From NCBI GenBank assembly GCA_951406725.2, contig OX597815.1, forward strand, positions 176,018,001-176,082,000: DNA of 64,000 nucleotides, read 5' to 3'. The stretch is from Octopus vulgaris. Taxonomy: Eukaryota. The position numbers and the translations under genes are program-made. This document shows, one piece after another, positions 39,412 to 53,674 of this stretch. Positions within the stretch are counted from its first letter, which is position 1, and each line of letters opens with the position of its first letter. The notes under the pieces are model-generated. The model saw only the letters and a list, made by a program, of their open reading frames with translations. It was not told the origin of the DNA and did no database searches.

Positions 39412-39939
39412 ACACACACATTGATTGAGTGATGTGTGCGTATGTTTGTGTATTTTATTTTGTCTAGTGATGCGGTAAGCGCTTGTTAGGTAGGGACGTA
39501 CGTTTGTTATCATTGTCGGTTTTAGTGTTGCTGCCAATTTTCTGCGGACACTCTTTATCGCTTCGTTTTATATGGTTGATAAGAGATCTAAACATCAATG
39601 AAACTTGATATGTGTTAAGTACAACTGTAACGTACCTCGCCATTTGATTTATCTCCAAACACTTCCTTCGAGTTGATAAAGTTGGCAATCATTTCTTCAT
39701 ATTTCCGTTTTCCTGATTAGATTATGCCAGTCTTGCACACAGCTGCAGCGGCGGTGATGCATTTTCTAAGAAATCATCTTTTCAAATATCAATCAGGAAA
39801 CATTTTCTCTTGTTTCTTTTTTTCTTATATGATTTGCTGTGTGTGTGTGTGTCCTGTTGCCTAGTTTGCAGCTAATGCAACTGAGTGCATTCGCTCTGCA
39901 TCTACTGAATGTCAAGTTGGAATATAGGTTCATTGTTTT

Positions 39940-40157
39940 ATTATTTACTTGTTTCAGTTATTTAACTGCGGCCATGCTGGGGCACTACCTTGAAGGGTTT
40001 TAGTCGAATGAATTAAACCCCCCAGATCTTATCTTTTAAGCCTGGTAATTAAGTCTATCGGTCAGTCTTACTGATTCGCTAAGTTACACAAACGCAAACA
40101 CACTAACACCGGTTATCAAGCGGTGGCGGGATCCAAACACAAGTACAAAGACACTCC

Positions 40158-40200
<43 letters not shown>

Positions 40201-40390
40201 GCGTGCGTGCGTGTGTGTGTGTGCGTGTGTGTGTGTATAACTGGCTATTTTCAGTTCCCGTCTACGAAATCCACTCACAAAGCTTTGGTCGGCCTGAAGC
40301 TACAGAGTAGGTACCATGTAGCAACAGTAGTGATGAACCCGGAACCATGTGGATGGAAAGCAATATTCTTCCAGGCAGCCACGCCTGCGC
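39940..40390 (-). mobile_element. SINE family B (diverged)
   Basis: actgcggccatgctgg tail and atccactcacaaagctttggtcggcc body. Confidence 0.8.
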
Positions 40391-40894
40391 TTATCAGTTT
40401 CTATATTTCGCTCTGTTAGCTGTCGTATATGCACAACACATTAAGTGCGCATGAGTGTGTGCGCGTGTGAGAGACAGAGTTCACATACATACATACATAC
40501 ATACATACATACATACATACATACATACATACAAGCATGCATCCTAGTTACATAAGTATACTTATCAACATGTTTACTAAATGGTACGCATGCAGAACAC
40601 TTGCACTCAGACCTGTGATCAAAGTATCAGAGCTAACAAAAAACAAAAGAAAAAAGAAAACTGTCAACCTTTGAAAATTGCAAATAGTAAAGCGCACCTT
40701 TAAAGAGATATTAATATTGTTTGGTTTCCTTTCTCTGAAATATGTCCTTGCTCCAAATTATTGGCCGCAACAGGTTCTTTAGGTTTCCATTTGAGACTAG
40801 GAACAGCTCGTGCCAAACAAAACAACAAAGAAAACACATAAAAGTAACGATGACGATGATAACAATAGCAACATTAACAATAACAACTGTTAAT

Positions 40895-41280
40895 AAGCAG
40901 ATTCGTTAGCGAGATGGACAAAATGCTTAACGGCGGGCGAAATGCTTTGCGGTATTTCGTCTGCCGTTACGTTCTGAGTTCAAATTCCGCCGAGGTCGAC
41001 TTTGCCTTTCCTCCTTTCGGGGTCGATAAATTAAGTACCAGTTACGTACTGGGATCGATGTAATCGACTTAATACCTTTGTCTGTCCTTGTTTGTCCACT
41101 CTATGTTTAGCCCTTTGTAGGCAATAAAGAAATAGGTATTTAGTCTGACTTTCGATTTTGAATTCAAATTGCGACGGAATCGACTTTGCCTTTCATCCAT
41201 TCGTGGGTTGATAAAATAACTTCCAGTTGAGCACTGGTGTCGATGTAGTCAACTTTCGCACTTCTCCGAAAGTTGAAACC
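40895..41280 (+). mobile_element. SINE family A: younger Tx1-tailed copy nested in an older copy
   Basis: Inner copy ends aataaagaaat-aggtatttagtc, resuming the older SINE at GGTAT. Confidence 0.85.
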
Positions 41281-41574
41281 GATAAACTAATGCATTACGC
41301 CGTTAATGAGTCAGTGACAGTCTCTTCGGCCGCCACAAACAAATGAAGATATTATAAAAGGGGAATTACCAAAAGGAGACAATTTCTTTCTTTTGCTTTA
41401 TGGCTGTCGCTAAGGCATTGAATCATATTTCAAACCAAACCGGACCGGAATTACAAGGGTGCTAAGGGCAAACAATTAGCATTAACGATTAGTGATTGAG
41501 GTTACAGGGAATAACCCGATACCCTCATATATTCTACTAGGAATAAGAACAAACCTGAGTCAAAGCACCAATAA

Positions 41575-41792
41575 TAATCGTTTCTACTAAAAGCCCAATG
41601 CCTGAAATTTTGGGAGAGGGGGTCTAGTCGATTACGTTGGCTCCATTGTTTCACTGGTACTTAATTTATAGACCCCCAAAAGATGAAAGGTAAAGTCGAC
41701 CTTGGCGGAATTTGAACTCAGAACGTAACGGCAGACGAAATACGGCTGCGCATTTCGCCCGGCGTGCCAACGTTTCTGCCGGCTCACCGTCT
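41575..41792 (-). mobile_element. SINE family A
   Basis: Reverse-complement head and body, (ATT)n-type tail. Confidence 0.85.
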
Positions 41793-42084
41793 TAATAATA
41801 ATAACAACAACAACTCTTAGGAACGATTGAAATGTTGAACACAAAAAAAACTGCATCCACATAAGGCTTGGTGATTTGTGCTGATGATGTACAAGGAAAT
41901 AATGGTAACACCCATTCTAGGAATACCAGACTTACAAGTTATTCTTTCTATTATTGACTTGAAAGAAGGAAAAACTATACATCAATAGGTACATATGTGT
42001 GTGTGTGCTTGTGCGTATATGTGTGTACGCTTGCACACGTGTGTGTGTGTGCCTGTGTGTATATATGTGTGTGTATGCGTGCGC

Positions 42085-42115
<31 letters not shown>

Positions 42116-42134
42116 CAAGTGTGTGTATCCGTGT

Positions 42135-42430
42135 GAAAGCGTGCAGTTTAGAGGTTAGGGTATTCGGATAACACTCGCAGGGTCATGCGTTCGATTCCAG
42201 GCGGCGTGTTGTGTCCTTGGGTAAGACACTTTTTCACGTTGCTCCAGTCTCCACTCAACTGGTAAAAATTCAAGGACTCAGCCTTGCCAGATTCTGTGTC
42301 TCCCTGAGAACTACGTTAAGGGTTACGCGTCTTTGTGGAGTGTCCAGCTGCTTGCACGCTAATTTCACGAGCAGGCAGGCTGTTCCGCTTATCAGATAAA
42401 CTGGGACCCTCATCGCTGTAACCGACAGAT
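42135..42430 (+). mobile_element. SINE family C
   Basis: Homologous to 24933-25250 (tccctgagaactacgttaaggg, aatttcacgagcag). Confidence 0.78.
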
Positions 42431-43485
42431 TGCTGCCAGTTAAGGCCGTGAAATAAATGAAATACATAAGCGAAACAATCGGCCCCCAAATATTCCTCCA
42501 CAGCTTTCATATTGAAAGGCGATTATATTTAACAGAATGGCATATTTTCCCCTTCACCACGAGGTTTGTCAACATTTTCATTTCTATTGTGTGGTGGATT
42601 CACAGTGAGGTTGATTTAAAAAATACTTGTATTGTTTTTGCTTGGTTCATTTACTCTAACAATTATTATTGTTTTGTTTTGTTCTTGTAATTGATATTTC
42701 ATTGTGTGCGTCCCTGTGTGCAATATCGCGCCTTGATAGTGATCTGTGGAATGTATCTGCGCTGCTTTTTAACAAGCTGTGACTAGTAGTCACATGCTTT
42801 ATGGCGATTGTCTTTATGTAGCGGTCGTTATAAAGCTATAAATTTATGAGATCTTTCGCCATTGTTCATCTTTTTCGCCTCAGTCTTTATTATTTCCTCC
42901 ACGTCATATATATATATATATATATATATATACGTAGCTGACCACAACTGTTGCTATAATCTACCATTCTTCAATGAAATGTCTTCACTTACATTTGTCA
43001 TAATGTCATCAATAATAATAAGCGTCATAATCCTCCTCCACATCATCATCATCATCAACATGACCACCATCATCGTCACCACATTGTCATCATCATCTCC
43101 ACTATTATGTCCACCCTCCCAGTCCTCATCTTTGTAAAAGATAGAATTCTCTTCATCAAATAATGGCAACATCTGGCGCTTATCATTAATCATGTTGAGC
43201 ATTTTATTTTATCTTTTCTATCAAAATTTAAAATTAGATTCTCAATTGTTGTGGGCTTTCTCACATTTCCCATTGTCAAATTTATTAACACCATTAGTTG
43301 TGGCCACCGCGTACACACGTACACACACACACACATATATATATATATATTTATATATAAAACTCGACTCCGTCGACCACGAATGGCCATGAGTGTACCT
43401 TAGAGGTTCTCTTCCGGGGTACAAGTCCGGGCAGAATGTCACCTCAACAGCGAACTCACAACGCTGTAACCACTGAGCCATGTGC

Positions 43486-43532
<47 letters not shown>

Positions 43533-43534
43533 CT

Positions 43535-43764
43535 GTTTTACTCTTTTACTTGTTTCAGCCATTTGACTGTGGCCATGCTGGACCACCGCCTTTAGTCGAA
43601 CAAATCGACCCCAGGACTTATTCTTTGTAAGCCTAGTACTTATTCTATCGTTCTCTTTGGCTGAACCGCTAAGTTACGGGGACCTAAACACACCAGCATT
43701 GGTTGTCAAGCAATGTTGGGAAGACAAACACAGACACACAAACATATACACACATACACACACG

Positions 43765-43798
<34 letters not shown>

Positions 43799-43808
43799 GA
43801 TGGGCTTC
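43535..43808 (-). mobile_element. SINE family B, 3' half
   Basis: Matches the family tail. Confidence 0.8.
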
Positions 43809-43810
43809 TA

Positions 43811-43853
<43 letters not shown>

Positions 43854-44745
43854 GCACATAATACATATATTAATAAATTATATATAAAATATATAAATAT
43901 ATTTATATATTTTATATATAATTTATTACTATGCCTATACGGCTGTATCCTCGCGGCAACTAACGATAATGCTTTATGCTTTTAGGAATAATATAGTTCT
44001 TATGTTTATTTATACACACATATATATATACGTGTGCGTATAGATATCTGCACAGGTCTAAATTTCAGATCTGGAATTTTCAACAAAAGCATGCATGTGA
44101 ACTAGTTTCTTTCGCCGAATTCGAGAACATCACCCGCTCCGAATTGAGTAGCTGTATCGCAGATTTTAGACCTCTTCTGCTGATTCTACATCAACCAGAT
44201 TTATGGCTTTACGGTCAAAAAGCAAATAACTCTAATTCTTTATTATTTTCTTTTTCCTTTTCTGTCACCCTTCCACCTTTTGCAACGCCCTTCATTTCGT
44301 TTTTTTTCCCCCTCATGATTTCTCTTGTTCTCTTGTCCAGATTTATAACTTGTATAGTCCATATGCACAGAATCTGTAGATTGTTTGGAGGCGTGTTATT
44401 AAAACCTGCCTAGAAAATATCTCCAATGTATGAAACTGTTTGTCTCTCATCACTATATACTGTGTACATTAAACAATATTTACTTCTCACTGGATAGAGA
44501 ACTGTATATGTGTGTCATCCATGACTAAAATGGCAACCCCCACTGAACTTGAGGGGGTGGTTATTGTTGAACACCCTTAGGAACGAAAAACCCGTCAAAG
44601 AGAGGAGGAACTCATGAATAGTCAACAGCTATCCAACAATGTGTACATACACCTAAACACACAATCACACGTATTGGTAGATATAGATTAATATGCATTT
44701 ATTTGTGTGTGTGTATATATTAAAATTGAATAGAAGATTTGAAAT

Positions 44746-44791
44746 CCACCTGATGAATGTCCTTAGAAGAGACACGAAACAATTGTAGTGG
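44746..44791 (+). ncRNA. Minimal type-I hammerhead ribozyme motif
   Basis: CCAC CTGATGA ATGTC..GACAC GAAA CAATTG TA GTGG. Palindromic stem III; lies in a ~260-bp insert between TA runs. Confidence 0.82.
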
Positions 44792-44988
44792 CGAATTTAA
44801 TTTAATTTAATTTATATAAAATTTTTTACGTATTGGATTAAGTCTTTCTTTGTTTGATTTGCATAATAGTGGTTTTGTCTCTAATTAATATTATATAATA
44901 TTTTACTATAAAATTGGATTCAATCCTAAATCTGATTTTTCCCTGTAAATTTGGATTTATTCCCTAATATTTATTATATATATATATA

Positions 44989-46211
44989 TAAGATCGGCTC
45001 ACATGAAATTATTTTAAATGGGTTTCTTATGAGTCATCTATAAAGGATATTTAATGATTTTCTATGTATTATGCTTGTGTTTACTCTTAACTCTTTTTCT
45101 TACTATTATTCAAAATTGCTGCCCACCACTCTTATGACAATGTTGACAAATGAACACTACTGAGTGATTTTCTTATACGAATACAAGTTGCGTCACTCTG
45201 CCACCAAAGCTCTACGAAACATCATGCGCGCTTTTGGTAACGATTCTGTTGACATTAGAACTGTTCAGAGATGGTTCCAAAGATTTCGATCAGGAAATGA
45301 AAGCCTTAAAAATGAACCAAAAGGGAGACGAAAATCAGTTATTTGGCATGATGAATTGAATACTTTGGTTAAACGAAATCCGAGAACAACGGTACGAAAA
45401 CTCGGATCACAGCTCCAGACATCTCCTGCAACTGCTTCTCGACACTTGAAAAGATTGGAAAAGTCACAAAGATGGATAGGTTTGTTCCTCATCTACTTAG
45501 TGAGATTCAAAGAAACAGACGCTTTACAGTATGTTCCGTGTTGATTTCTCGGCTGGAAAGAGAACCAGTTTTACATCGACTCATTACGTGTGACGAGAAA
45601 TGGATACTCTTTGATAACAGCAAAAGTACAGGACAGTGGTCAGATGCAGGAGAGTTATCAAAACACTACACAAAACCACCACCATCATTGCAACCTTAAA
45701 AAGTTGATGGTCACTGTATGGTGGTCAACAAAGGGGGTTATTCATTTTTGTAACAAGGAAAAACTGTAACAGTAACATACTATTGACAGAAAAATGCTTG
45801 TATGCATGAAAAATTGACAAAGAAGTAACCCAGATTAGTGAATAGAGATGGCCAAATTTTGCTTCACACTTCTCAAACTACGGTCCACACGTTGGAAAAC
45901 CGGAATTATGGAATTTTGGCACATCCTCCTTATTCTCCTGCTATTTTTCCTACTGATTATCACATATTTAAACACTTCAAGCTTTCTATACGCATAAATA
46001 AAGAAGTAATTGAAGCATTCAAACAGTTTATCAGAGTAAAAGATGACAAATTATTTAAAGATGGAATATATGCCTTAGAGGAACGTTGGATGAAGGTTAT
46101 AAATGAACAAGAATCATATTTTGATGAAGTAAATGGATATTCTAAAACAATTTTAAAAACAATTTTAATGTTTCCTTTTTTAAATGCAACATTTCATGTG
46201 AGACAACCTAA
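44989..46211 (+). mobile_element. Near full-length decayed mariner transposon
   Basis: TIRs taagatcggctcacatgaaat and the reverse complement ttaggttgtctcacatgaaat, in a TA context. Transposase motifs RTVQRWFQRFRSG, FVPHLL, ITCDEKW and HPPYSPAIFPTDYH, with frameshifts. Confidence 0.93.
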
Positions 46212-46295
46212 TATATATGTAAATATTTGTGTACATATGTGTATGTATGTATGTATGTATGTATGTATGTATGTATGTATGTACGTATGTATATC

Positions 46296-46341
<46 letters not shown>

Positions 46342-47380
46342 CCAGTCTATTTTTGCTGTTGTCGAAACGCCGTTCTGTGCAATTTAACCAAGTATTGTGA
46401 TATTTTCCGTTTGTAGGCATTTTCACAAATACAAATTTAAAACATACTCCACGTTTACTGAACACAACAGCCGGTGCCTAAGTGGTTCAATTTTCAATAC
46501 AGAATTTTTCAATTTAATCAGAAGTATTCTATATTATTGTGGGTTTTTTTTTTTTTTGGAGGGAGGGTCAATTACTTTGTCAATAATAGTAATACACGCT
46601 CTGGTTGAATATCAGTTTTGTATTGCTAGTCAGTCGATTAATTATCTAATCAATTATTTGTTTAATGTGTTAGTTAAAGAATCAGCTGGTCGATTGTTTG
46701 CCGAAGTCGTTTTGTTGCTATTCGTGACCTCCTCAGTGACATGCCCGCTCTCTTGAAGATCTGGCTTAAGTCTATCTGAGAATCAGTCTTATGCCTGTGT
46801 ATGTAGATGTGTGGTTGCTTACAAGAGAAGGGTGAAAATACCCGTATGCTTGCCTCTGTGTGTATGTGTGTGTGGGGGGTTGTGTACGCTCGCATGTCTG
46901 CCTGTATGAGTGTTTGTGTGTGCGCATTGGCCATCCGTGACCTCTTCAAGAGTTTGGCCATTTTTCTTTGAGGTCAAGTCTGCTGAGATTTGCTTGCCAT
47001 TCTGTAAAGATTTATGAGTGGAATTCCTTACGTAGGGGGACTACGAAGAGGCTAGATGTGTGTGTGTGTGTGCGCGCCGTGAAGCCCGTTTTTGAATAAG
47101 AGTGTATGTAAGTCTGTAAACGCGTGTTTGTGTGCTTTCTTGTATACGTGTATATTCCCGCATACGTGTGTACCCATGCACGTGTGAGAGTTCACGTGTG
47201 TGTACGTGAATGTGCGTTGGTGTGTGTGTTCTTGGGTATGTTTGTGCTTATGTGTGTACGTGCGAAAACGTGCACCTGCGCGCGCGCCGGATGTTAGTGG
47301 CTGTGTATTGGAATTCTTCATAATTACACGTATTTATTTGCATGGATCTCCTTGTATCTTGCTGTCATTCTAATCCTACC

Positions 47381-47416
<36 letters not shown>

Positions 47417-47504
47417 TGAGAATTTACAGAATAAACCATAGACGAAGACGGGTGTGTAAACAACAAACAGATGTATTAGTTTAACGCTCGGGAAGAGAGA
47501 AAGT

Positions 47505-47540
47505 CTTTTACGTTTCGAGCCTACGCTCTTCGGCAGAAAG
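47505..47540 (-). ncRNA. Minimal hammerhead motif with core variant CUGCCGA
   Basis: CTTT CTGCCGA A GAGC GTAG GCTC GAAA CG TA AAAG. Confidence 0.6.
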
Positions 47541-47575
47541 GAACACAGAAATAAACGGAGAGAAAATAATAACAT

Positions 47576-48310
47576 ACTCTTTACTCTTTTACACTTTTAC
47601 TTGTTTCAGTCATTTGACTGCGGCCATGCTGGAGCACCGCCTTTAGTCGAGCAAAATCGACCCCGGGACTTATTCTTTGTAAGCCCAGTACTTATTCTAT
47701 CGGTCACTTTTGCCGAACCGCTAAGTGACGGGGACGTAAACACACCAGCATCGGTTGTCAAGCAATGCTAGGGGGACAAACACAGATACACAAACGCACA
47801 CACACATACATATATATACATATATACGACAGGCTTCTTTCAGTTTCCGTCTACCAAATCCACTCACAAGGCATTGGTCGGCCCGGGGCTATAGCAGAAG
47901 ACACTTGCCCAAGATGCCACGTAGTGGGACTGAACCCGGAACCATGTGGTTGGTTAGCAAGCTACTTACCACACATATATATTATTTTATTCGTTTCAGT
48001 AATTTGACTGCGTCTATCCTGGAGCACCGACTTTAGTCGAACAAATTCTATCGGTCTATTTTGTCGAACTGTTAAGTTACGGGGACATAAACACATCAAC
48101 ATCAACTGGCAAGTGATGGTGGGGTAACAAACAGAGACACATACATATACGACGGGCTTTTTTCAGTTTCCGTCTACAAAATCCATTCACAAGTCTTTGG
48201 TTGGCTTGAGGCTATAGTAGAAAACATTTCCTAAGGTGGCACGCAGTGGGACTGAACCTGGAACTATGTGGTTGGTATGCAAGCTACTTAGCACATAGCC
48301 ACTTCTGTGC
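47576..48310 (-). mobile_element. Two adjacent SINE family B copies (47576-47973, 47985-48310)
   Basis: The first is close to the other well-preserved copies; the second is more diverged. Confidence 0.88.
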
Positions 48311-48419
48311 ATGTGTGTGTGTGTGTGTGTGTGTGTTGCGTAGTTTGTAGCAACGGCGTTGTGGTTCTACTTCCTGCTATGTATATACTCTATTCAGTAT
48401 AGACAATGTCTCGTTTATG

Positions 48420-49200
48420 GCAAGAGACTTACGTATCTATCATAATGATGAGTCTCCTGAGTATTTAGTTATATCGATACTAATTCGATTCAGCATGCCG
48501 CCATGTTGGTCTTTGGCATGATGAAGTAAAGGCGACCGCTTACTGTCACTGTATTCCCACCAGTGTTTATTTACTCTTTGAGCTAAACTCTTGGCAGTCT
48601 CCCAGATGTATGCTGTATTACGGATCCTATAATCACTCACCCTCCATCATTTTACGCGGGAGACTACATTTCTGGCCCTACAGTTGAGTCTAAGGTTAAA
48701 AGTACATTCAATGCAGTTCCTATCAGTGGTGGAGTTATCTATGTGATTTGTCGAAGGGGTGTGTCTTACATAACTATGATCGTATAAACCTACCAATTTA
48801 ATGTGAGGTTTAGCGTCCTTCAGAACCTTCCTAAGCCTGCGGATTAACTGCCCATCCGGCGTGGCCTCTACAAACAATATCTCTTGAAATTTGTCTGTCT
48901 CGTACCACGTGTGTGTTCATTCTGCTTGCTTTACCACAAATTCTTCGTTGTCTCTCCTTACGTTTTCCCTGGTATATAGGGTGGGTTCTATTGGCATCCT
49001 TATGTTATCTAACTTCTTCCTATCTCTTCTGTACACTCTGACCTCATCTCTCTGGTTGTAGCCAAAAAACTGCATGCGGTGGATTAAGTCCTGTGCATGT
49101 CCCTTGATCTCACAGGAGGTGGGATACGTTGTTCATTCTCCTAAATAAATCCGCTTTAAGTATATTTATCTTAACACTGAGTGATAAATCTGAGTTGCCA
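48420..49200 (-). mobile_element. Decayed Penelope-like GIY-YIG element of a different lineage (possibly Naiad-like)
   Basis: Fragments LFVEATPDGQL, CIEC..NCRARNVV, and AYIWETAKSLAQRVNKH..SPLLHH (YIGET..R..H). Confidence 0.7.
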
Positions 49201-50390
49201 ACTACACCGACACCAATGGCTGCTCCTTGAACCTGCATATATAGGTTCTTATTAAAATTGCTGATGTGGTCTTTATGCTAGCGCTTATCTCATACACAGC
49301 CGTCTGTGTGAAATTGGATAGAAACAGTGTGAAAGACAGACAGAGTGTATCACTAATTTAAAGCCTCGAACTCTCACATCACGCTGAATCTATTTAAGGA
49401 TTGAGACTGTAACTGCCTGTTGCAACGGTTAATAATTTACACTATAATAACATTTGTATATACCTATCTTCCCCGCCTGTAATTATTTTTCCATAATGAC
49501 ACCATTTAGTTTAAAAGTACCATTGAAAAATATCTACTACTTAAACCGACATGCCATTTGAGAACACATTACGAGGACGTTCTATCGAAAGATGTATAAT
49601 CAGCGTCGATCGCTTTCCTTCGTTCGTAAAAACAAGATCCCTAAAAAGGAACAATTACATATTTATAGGACGCTTATTGTGGAGATAAGAGTTGCGATTT
49701 AGAATAAGTAATCATATAAATGGTAGAATAATGAAATGGTTCAGTAGGAACAGTACTATCAGCCAGAGAACTTGACTAACATATGCTATGTCGGAGGTAG
49801 AAATTGAAGAATACATGTAAACATATATTCGCATACGTCAACTACAGAGCAAACACTGCACAATATACATGCGCCCATTAACATATACCTGAATGGATAT
49901 ACATATGTAAGAGTCTGTTCACACACACAGATATGTGTGTATATGGATAATCCTATATTATAAATGAGCTCTTGATTACTGAGAATGTATATTACATTTA
50001 GAGAAAATTGAAACCACGTGAATGTTTGCATTAAAATAAATAATAATGAGATTTTTATCATGTATGGGGAAATTAAATCGACTGAAAGAACTATTATGTT
50101 CGATTATTTTTATATGCCGTGTTTCATTTTAATTGCATTACCATTAGTTGTTTAAATGAGAATCATTGAAGACATTCATTAACTTTCAAGATCAATGTAA
50201 AGACAACGGAGGATATCGATTCCTCCATATTTGTCTTAATGTATCCATTAACAAGGACGCAGCAATTTAGTTTTACGAGCCTCGGCTAAACTGACTGGAT
50301 GCTTTTGTTTGTCTATTTGAAGTTGTATATTAGGGATTATAACACAACCATACTCTTTCAAGTAAATGCACTCCACTTAACCTTTATACC

Positions 50391-50434
<44 letters not shown>

Positions 50435-50525
50435 TAATCCAAACGGGAAAACAGAAAAAACAACAACACGTGGAACAATTACAGTATTAATATTATTAGG
50501 CGCTCAGGAAAATGGAAGAAGGAGG

Positions 50526-50560
50526 GTATGACGTTTCGAGCGGAGCTCTTCGTCGGAAAC
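50526..50560 (-). ncRNA. Minimal hammerhead motif with core variant CCGACGA
   Basis: GTTT CCGACGA A GAGC TCC GCTC GAAA CG TC ATAC. Confidence 0.55.
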
Positions 50561-50739
50561 ATAAGAGAAAGAAAGAAAGATCCCGAGACGGGAGGACAGA
50601 GGAAAAAAAATTGCAGGTCGTCTTCACGAGGTCACATACTGAAAAGACGGAAGTAGTAAAAAAGGAGGAAAATGTTTTTTAAAAACAGGAGAGCTGAATC
50701 AATGAGGGAATGGTAAAAAAGGTGTTGCGAGATGACCGT

Positions 50740-51070
50740 GTGTGTGTGTGAGTGTGCGTGTGTGTGTATGTGTGTGTATGGTGGACAATGGCTAGTAGCA
50801 AGCAGTAGTAGAATTAAAGGAGTGGTGTGGGGGTACCCTAGCAGGTCAGAAAGGCAGATCAGAAGCAGGGAGGTATGTGTGTGTGCGTGTGTATGTATGT
50901 GTGAGTGTGTGCGTGTATGTATGTGTGTGTATGGTAGACAATGGCTAGTAGCGGGCAGTAGTAGAATTAAAGGAGTGGTGTGGGGGTACCCTAGCAAGTC
51001 GGAAAGGTAGATCAGAAACAGGGAGGTATGTGTGTGTGCGTGTGTATGTATGTGTGAGTGTGTGCGTGTG
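50740..51070. repeat. Tandem duplication, period 153 bp
   Basis: atggt(g/a)gacaatggctagtagc at 50778 and 50931. Confidence 0.9.
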
Positions 51071-52279
51071 GTATATGTCCAGCGTGCGTAGTTGTGTGTG
51101 TGGCAAGTAAATTTGAAGTGTGTGTATATGCAAATGTGTGTGTGTGAGTGGGTGTGTGTATGTGTGTGCGTGTGTGTACAAAAGGGGGGGGTTTAAGGGA
51201 AAAAGAACTGCAGCGAAGGGGGGGGGGGGGAAGATGGAAGAGTGGTCCCGCGGCGACAGGCGTGGGAGAACCCAAAGACAACGCGCCGGCCTCAGATACG
51301 GACAGGAGATCCAGTCGGTCAACCATGAGCGTGGTGCAAGCGTGCGTGTATGCGTGCGCGAACGTGCACAAGCGAGCATGTGCGCGCGCCTGCGATTGCG
51401 TGTGTGAGTATGTATGTGTGTGGATATATATATATATATATATATATATGGAGATACCTTCCACAAGATTTTAAACAATTGTGGTTGTTTTTTTATTATT
51501 ATTTATAAGCTGTATTTTGTTGTTGTTTCGCAATTTATCATTGAAAAGAAAACCTCTCGGCCAACAGATAAAAACGGAAAATAGGTTGTTTCAGCGATAA
51601 CCAGAGTAATTTACGTTGTAGCTAACTAGTTCCACTCTTCAGGAAGCACATAAAACACTTCGCAATAGATTGGAATTGTCTCGCTTGACCATTATTTAAT
51701 AGTTCGTTTTTTTCGCTCCAACTTGTCTTACTCTGTGCAATAATGCTTTTCTTAATCGCCTGATACCCGCATATATAATTACATTTCATTGCAAGATACT
51801 AGTAACTAATATGTGAGAAAACTTGAAATTTCAGAATTTCTTAGTCTGTAGAATATAAACAAAAAAATTATCGAAAAATAATCGAATGGATAAAATTTAG
51901 TTTTGGGTAAAATTCGTAAATAATCTCTAGTTACTAATGACAGGCTATTTGATTAGAATTTCATGCGAAAAGTGATGTCCTCGGCTGACCAACACAAACG
52001 ACGACGACGACGACTACAACGTAATCTTTCAATAAATTTCATCGTAGCAATGACACGCTTTATCACTCTAGTCTCTATCTATCTCTCTGTTCAGTGTTTC
52101 CAAGGGTATCAGGAAGATTTTCACTTTTAGAAAGCATTGTAAAAGTGTTTTGAAACCATGCAGATCGAAGCAAATAGTTATACTGGGTAGTACGATTAAC
52201 GAAATAATGCTAAGCAGTTCTGCGGATTCATGGGGCAACGTTATCTGCCATACAAGATATCAAATAGCTTATACGTATA

Positions 52280-52680
52280 CTCTTTACTCTTTTACTTATT
52301 TCAGTCATGTGACTGTTGCCATGCTGGAGCACCGCCTTTTTTAGTAGTGCAGATCGACCGCAGGACTTTTCTTTGTAAGCCTAGTACTTATTCTATCGGT
52401 CTCTTTTGCCGAACCGCTAAGTTACGGGGACGTAAACACACCAGCATCGGTTGTCAAGCGAAACACAGACACACAAACATGTACACACACATACATATAT
52501 ATATATATACATATATACGTGGACTTCTTTCAGCTTCCATCTACCAAATCCACCCACAAGGCTTTGGTCGGCCCGAGGCTATAGTAGAAGACACTTGTCC
52601 AAGGTGCCACGCAGTGGGAATGAACCCGGAACCATGTGGCTTGTTAGCAAGCTACTTACCACACAGCCACTCCGATGCCT
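52280..52680 (-). mobile_element. SINE family B
   Basis: Near full-length. Confidence 0.9.
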
Positions 52681-52847
52681 ATATTTTAATTGTATAAATA
52701 TAACATGAAAAATATTAATATCATTTAGTCATCTATATCTCATGCTTGTTGTATAAACATTAACAATTGACCAAGTATTTATTAGATGTCTTAGGGAGGT
52801 GCTGTGTTAGAAACACAGTAAGTATTAAAGGAACAGAAAATTATTCT

Positions 52848-53120
52848 CAGCGGCGGTGAACTGGAACGTTAGATGCATTTGGGACTATTCGGTTCCTTTC
52901 AATGGCGCGTACTCGCAGACAGGCACATACCTGTACGAACAAGCCTCACTTCTGATATAGGATTTTGAAAAATGAATAAATTATTCAGTGATGTTGCAAG
53001 TATCTTCTTATATCAGATGCAAGGAATTCTCGTGTGAGCAAATGATTAACTGCGAGGGCGAGTTATTGAAAAGGCGCAACAAAGTGGAAATGCATCTGAC
53101 GTTCTTGCTGGTCGCTTCTG
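52848..53120. repeat. Old imperfect palindrome centred near 52980
   Basis: Symmetric blocks gaacgttagatgcattt/aaatgcatctgacgttc, ctcgcag/ctgcgag, tctgatata/tatatcaga and tgaataa/ttattca. Confidence 0.75.
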
Positions 53121-53674
53121 GCAACATCTTTTGTCTTCTGATATTTATTGTGTTTCTAACACAGCCCAGTTATTAAAAATGCTGTTTTTGCTAAAACACT
53201 GCAGAAAGTGACTTATCTACAATATGTATAAATTCAGTGTTATGTTACAAATTTGCCTATTTTAATTTAATACTGCCTCAATTGCGAAAAACCAGAATAA
53301 TATCTTTGAGAATTATCTCTGTATTTCACATTCATTTATTACAATTTAGAAGTTTTATGAGAACCCAATGACCGGGAAACTGATATTTAAGATATGTTAC
53401 GTAAGTATAAAAACAAAATTTAAGAGCAACGTCAGGAAGCAAATCGAATGTGTGTGTTTGTGTGTGTATCCGTCACAGAGAGAGAGAGGTGGTAGTAAGG
53501 TATAGAGTGAGCATTTTCTCGTGAACTTTTGACTTGTGATGCTTCTGGTTCTTTGCCCATATAATTTCCCTTTCTTTTCGTATTTCATGCCACTTGTAAC
53601 AGGCAAAAAGTCAAAAGAGAAAGCTTCATTAAAAAAGAAAAAAAACCCATACATACACAAATAGAAGCACATAA

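Larger units (their letters stand above)
50431..51424 (-). mobile_element. TA-flanked non-coding insert, probable PLE 3' region with hammerhead and internal tandem repeat
   Basis: (TA)n on both sides, a hammerhead at 50526-50560, and a 153-bp tandem duplication. Confidence 0.55.
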
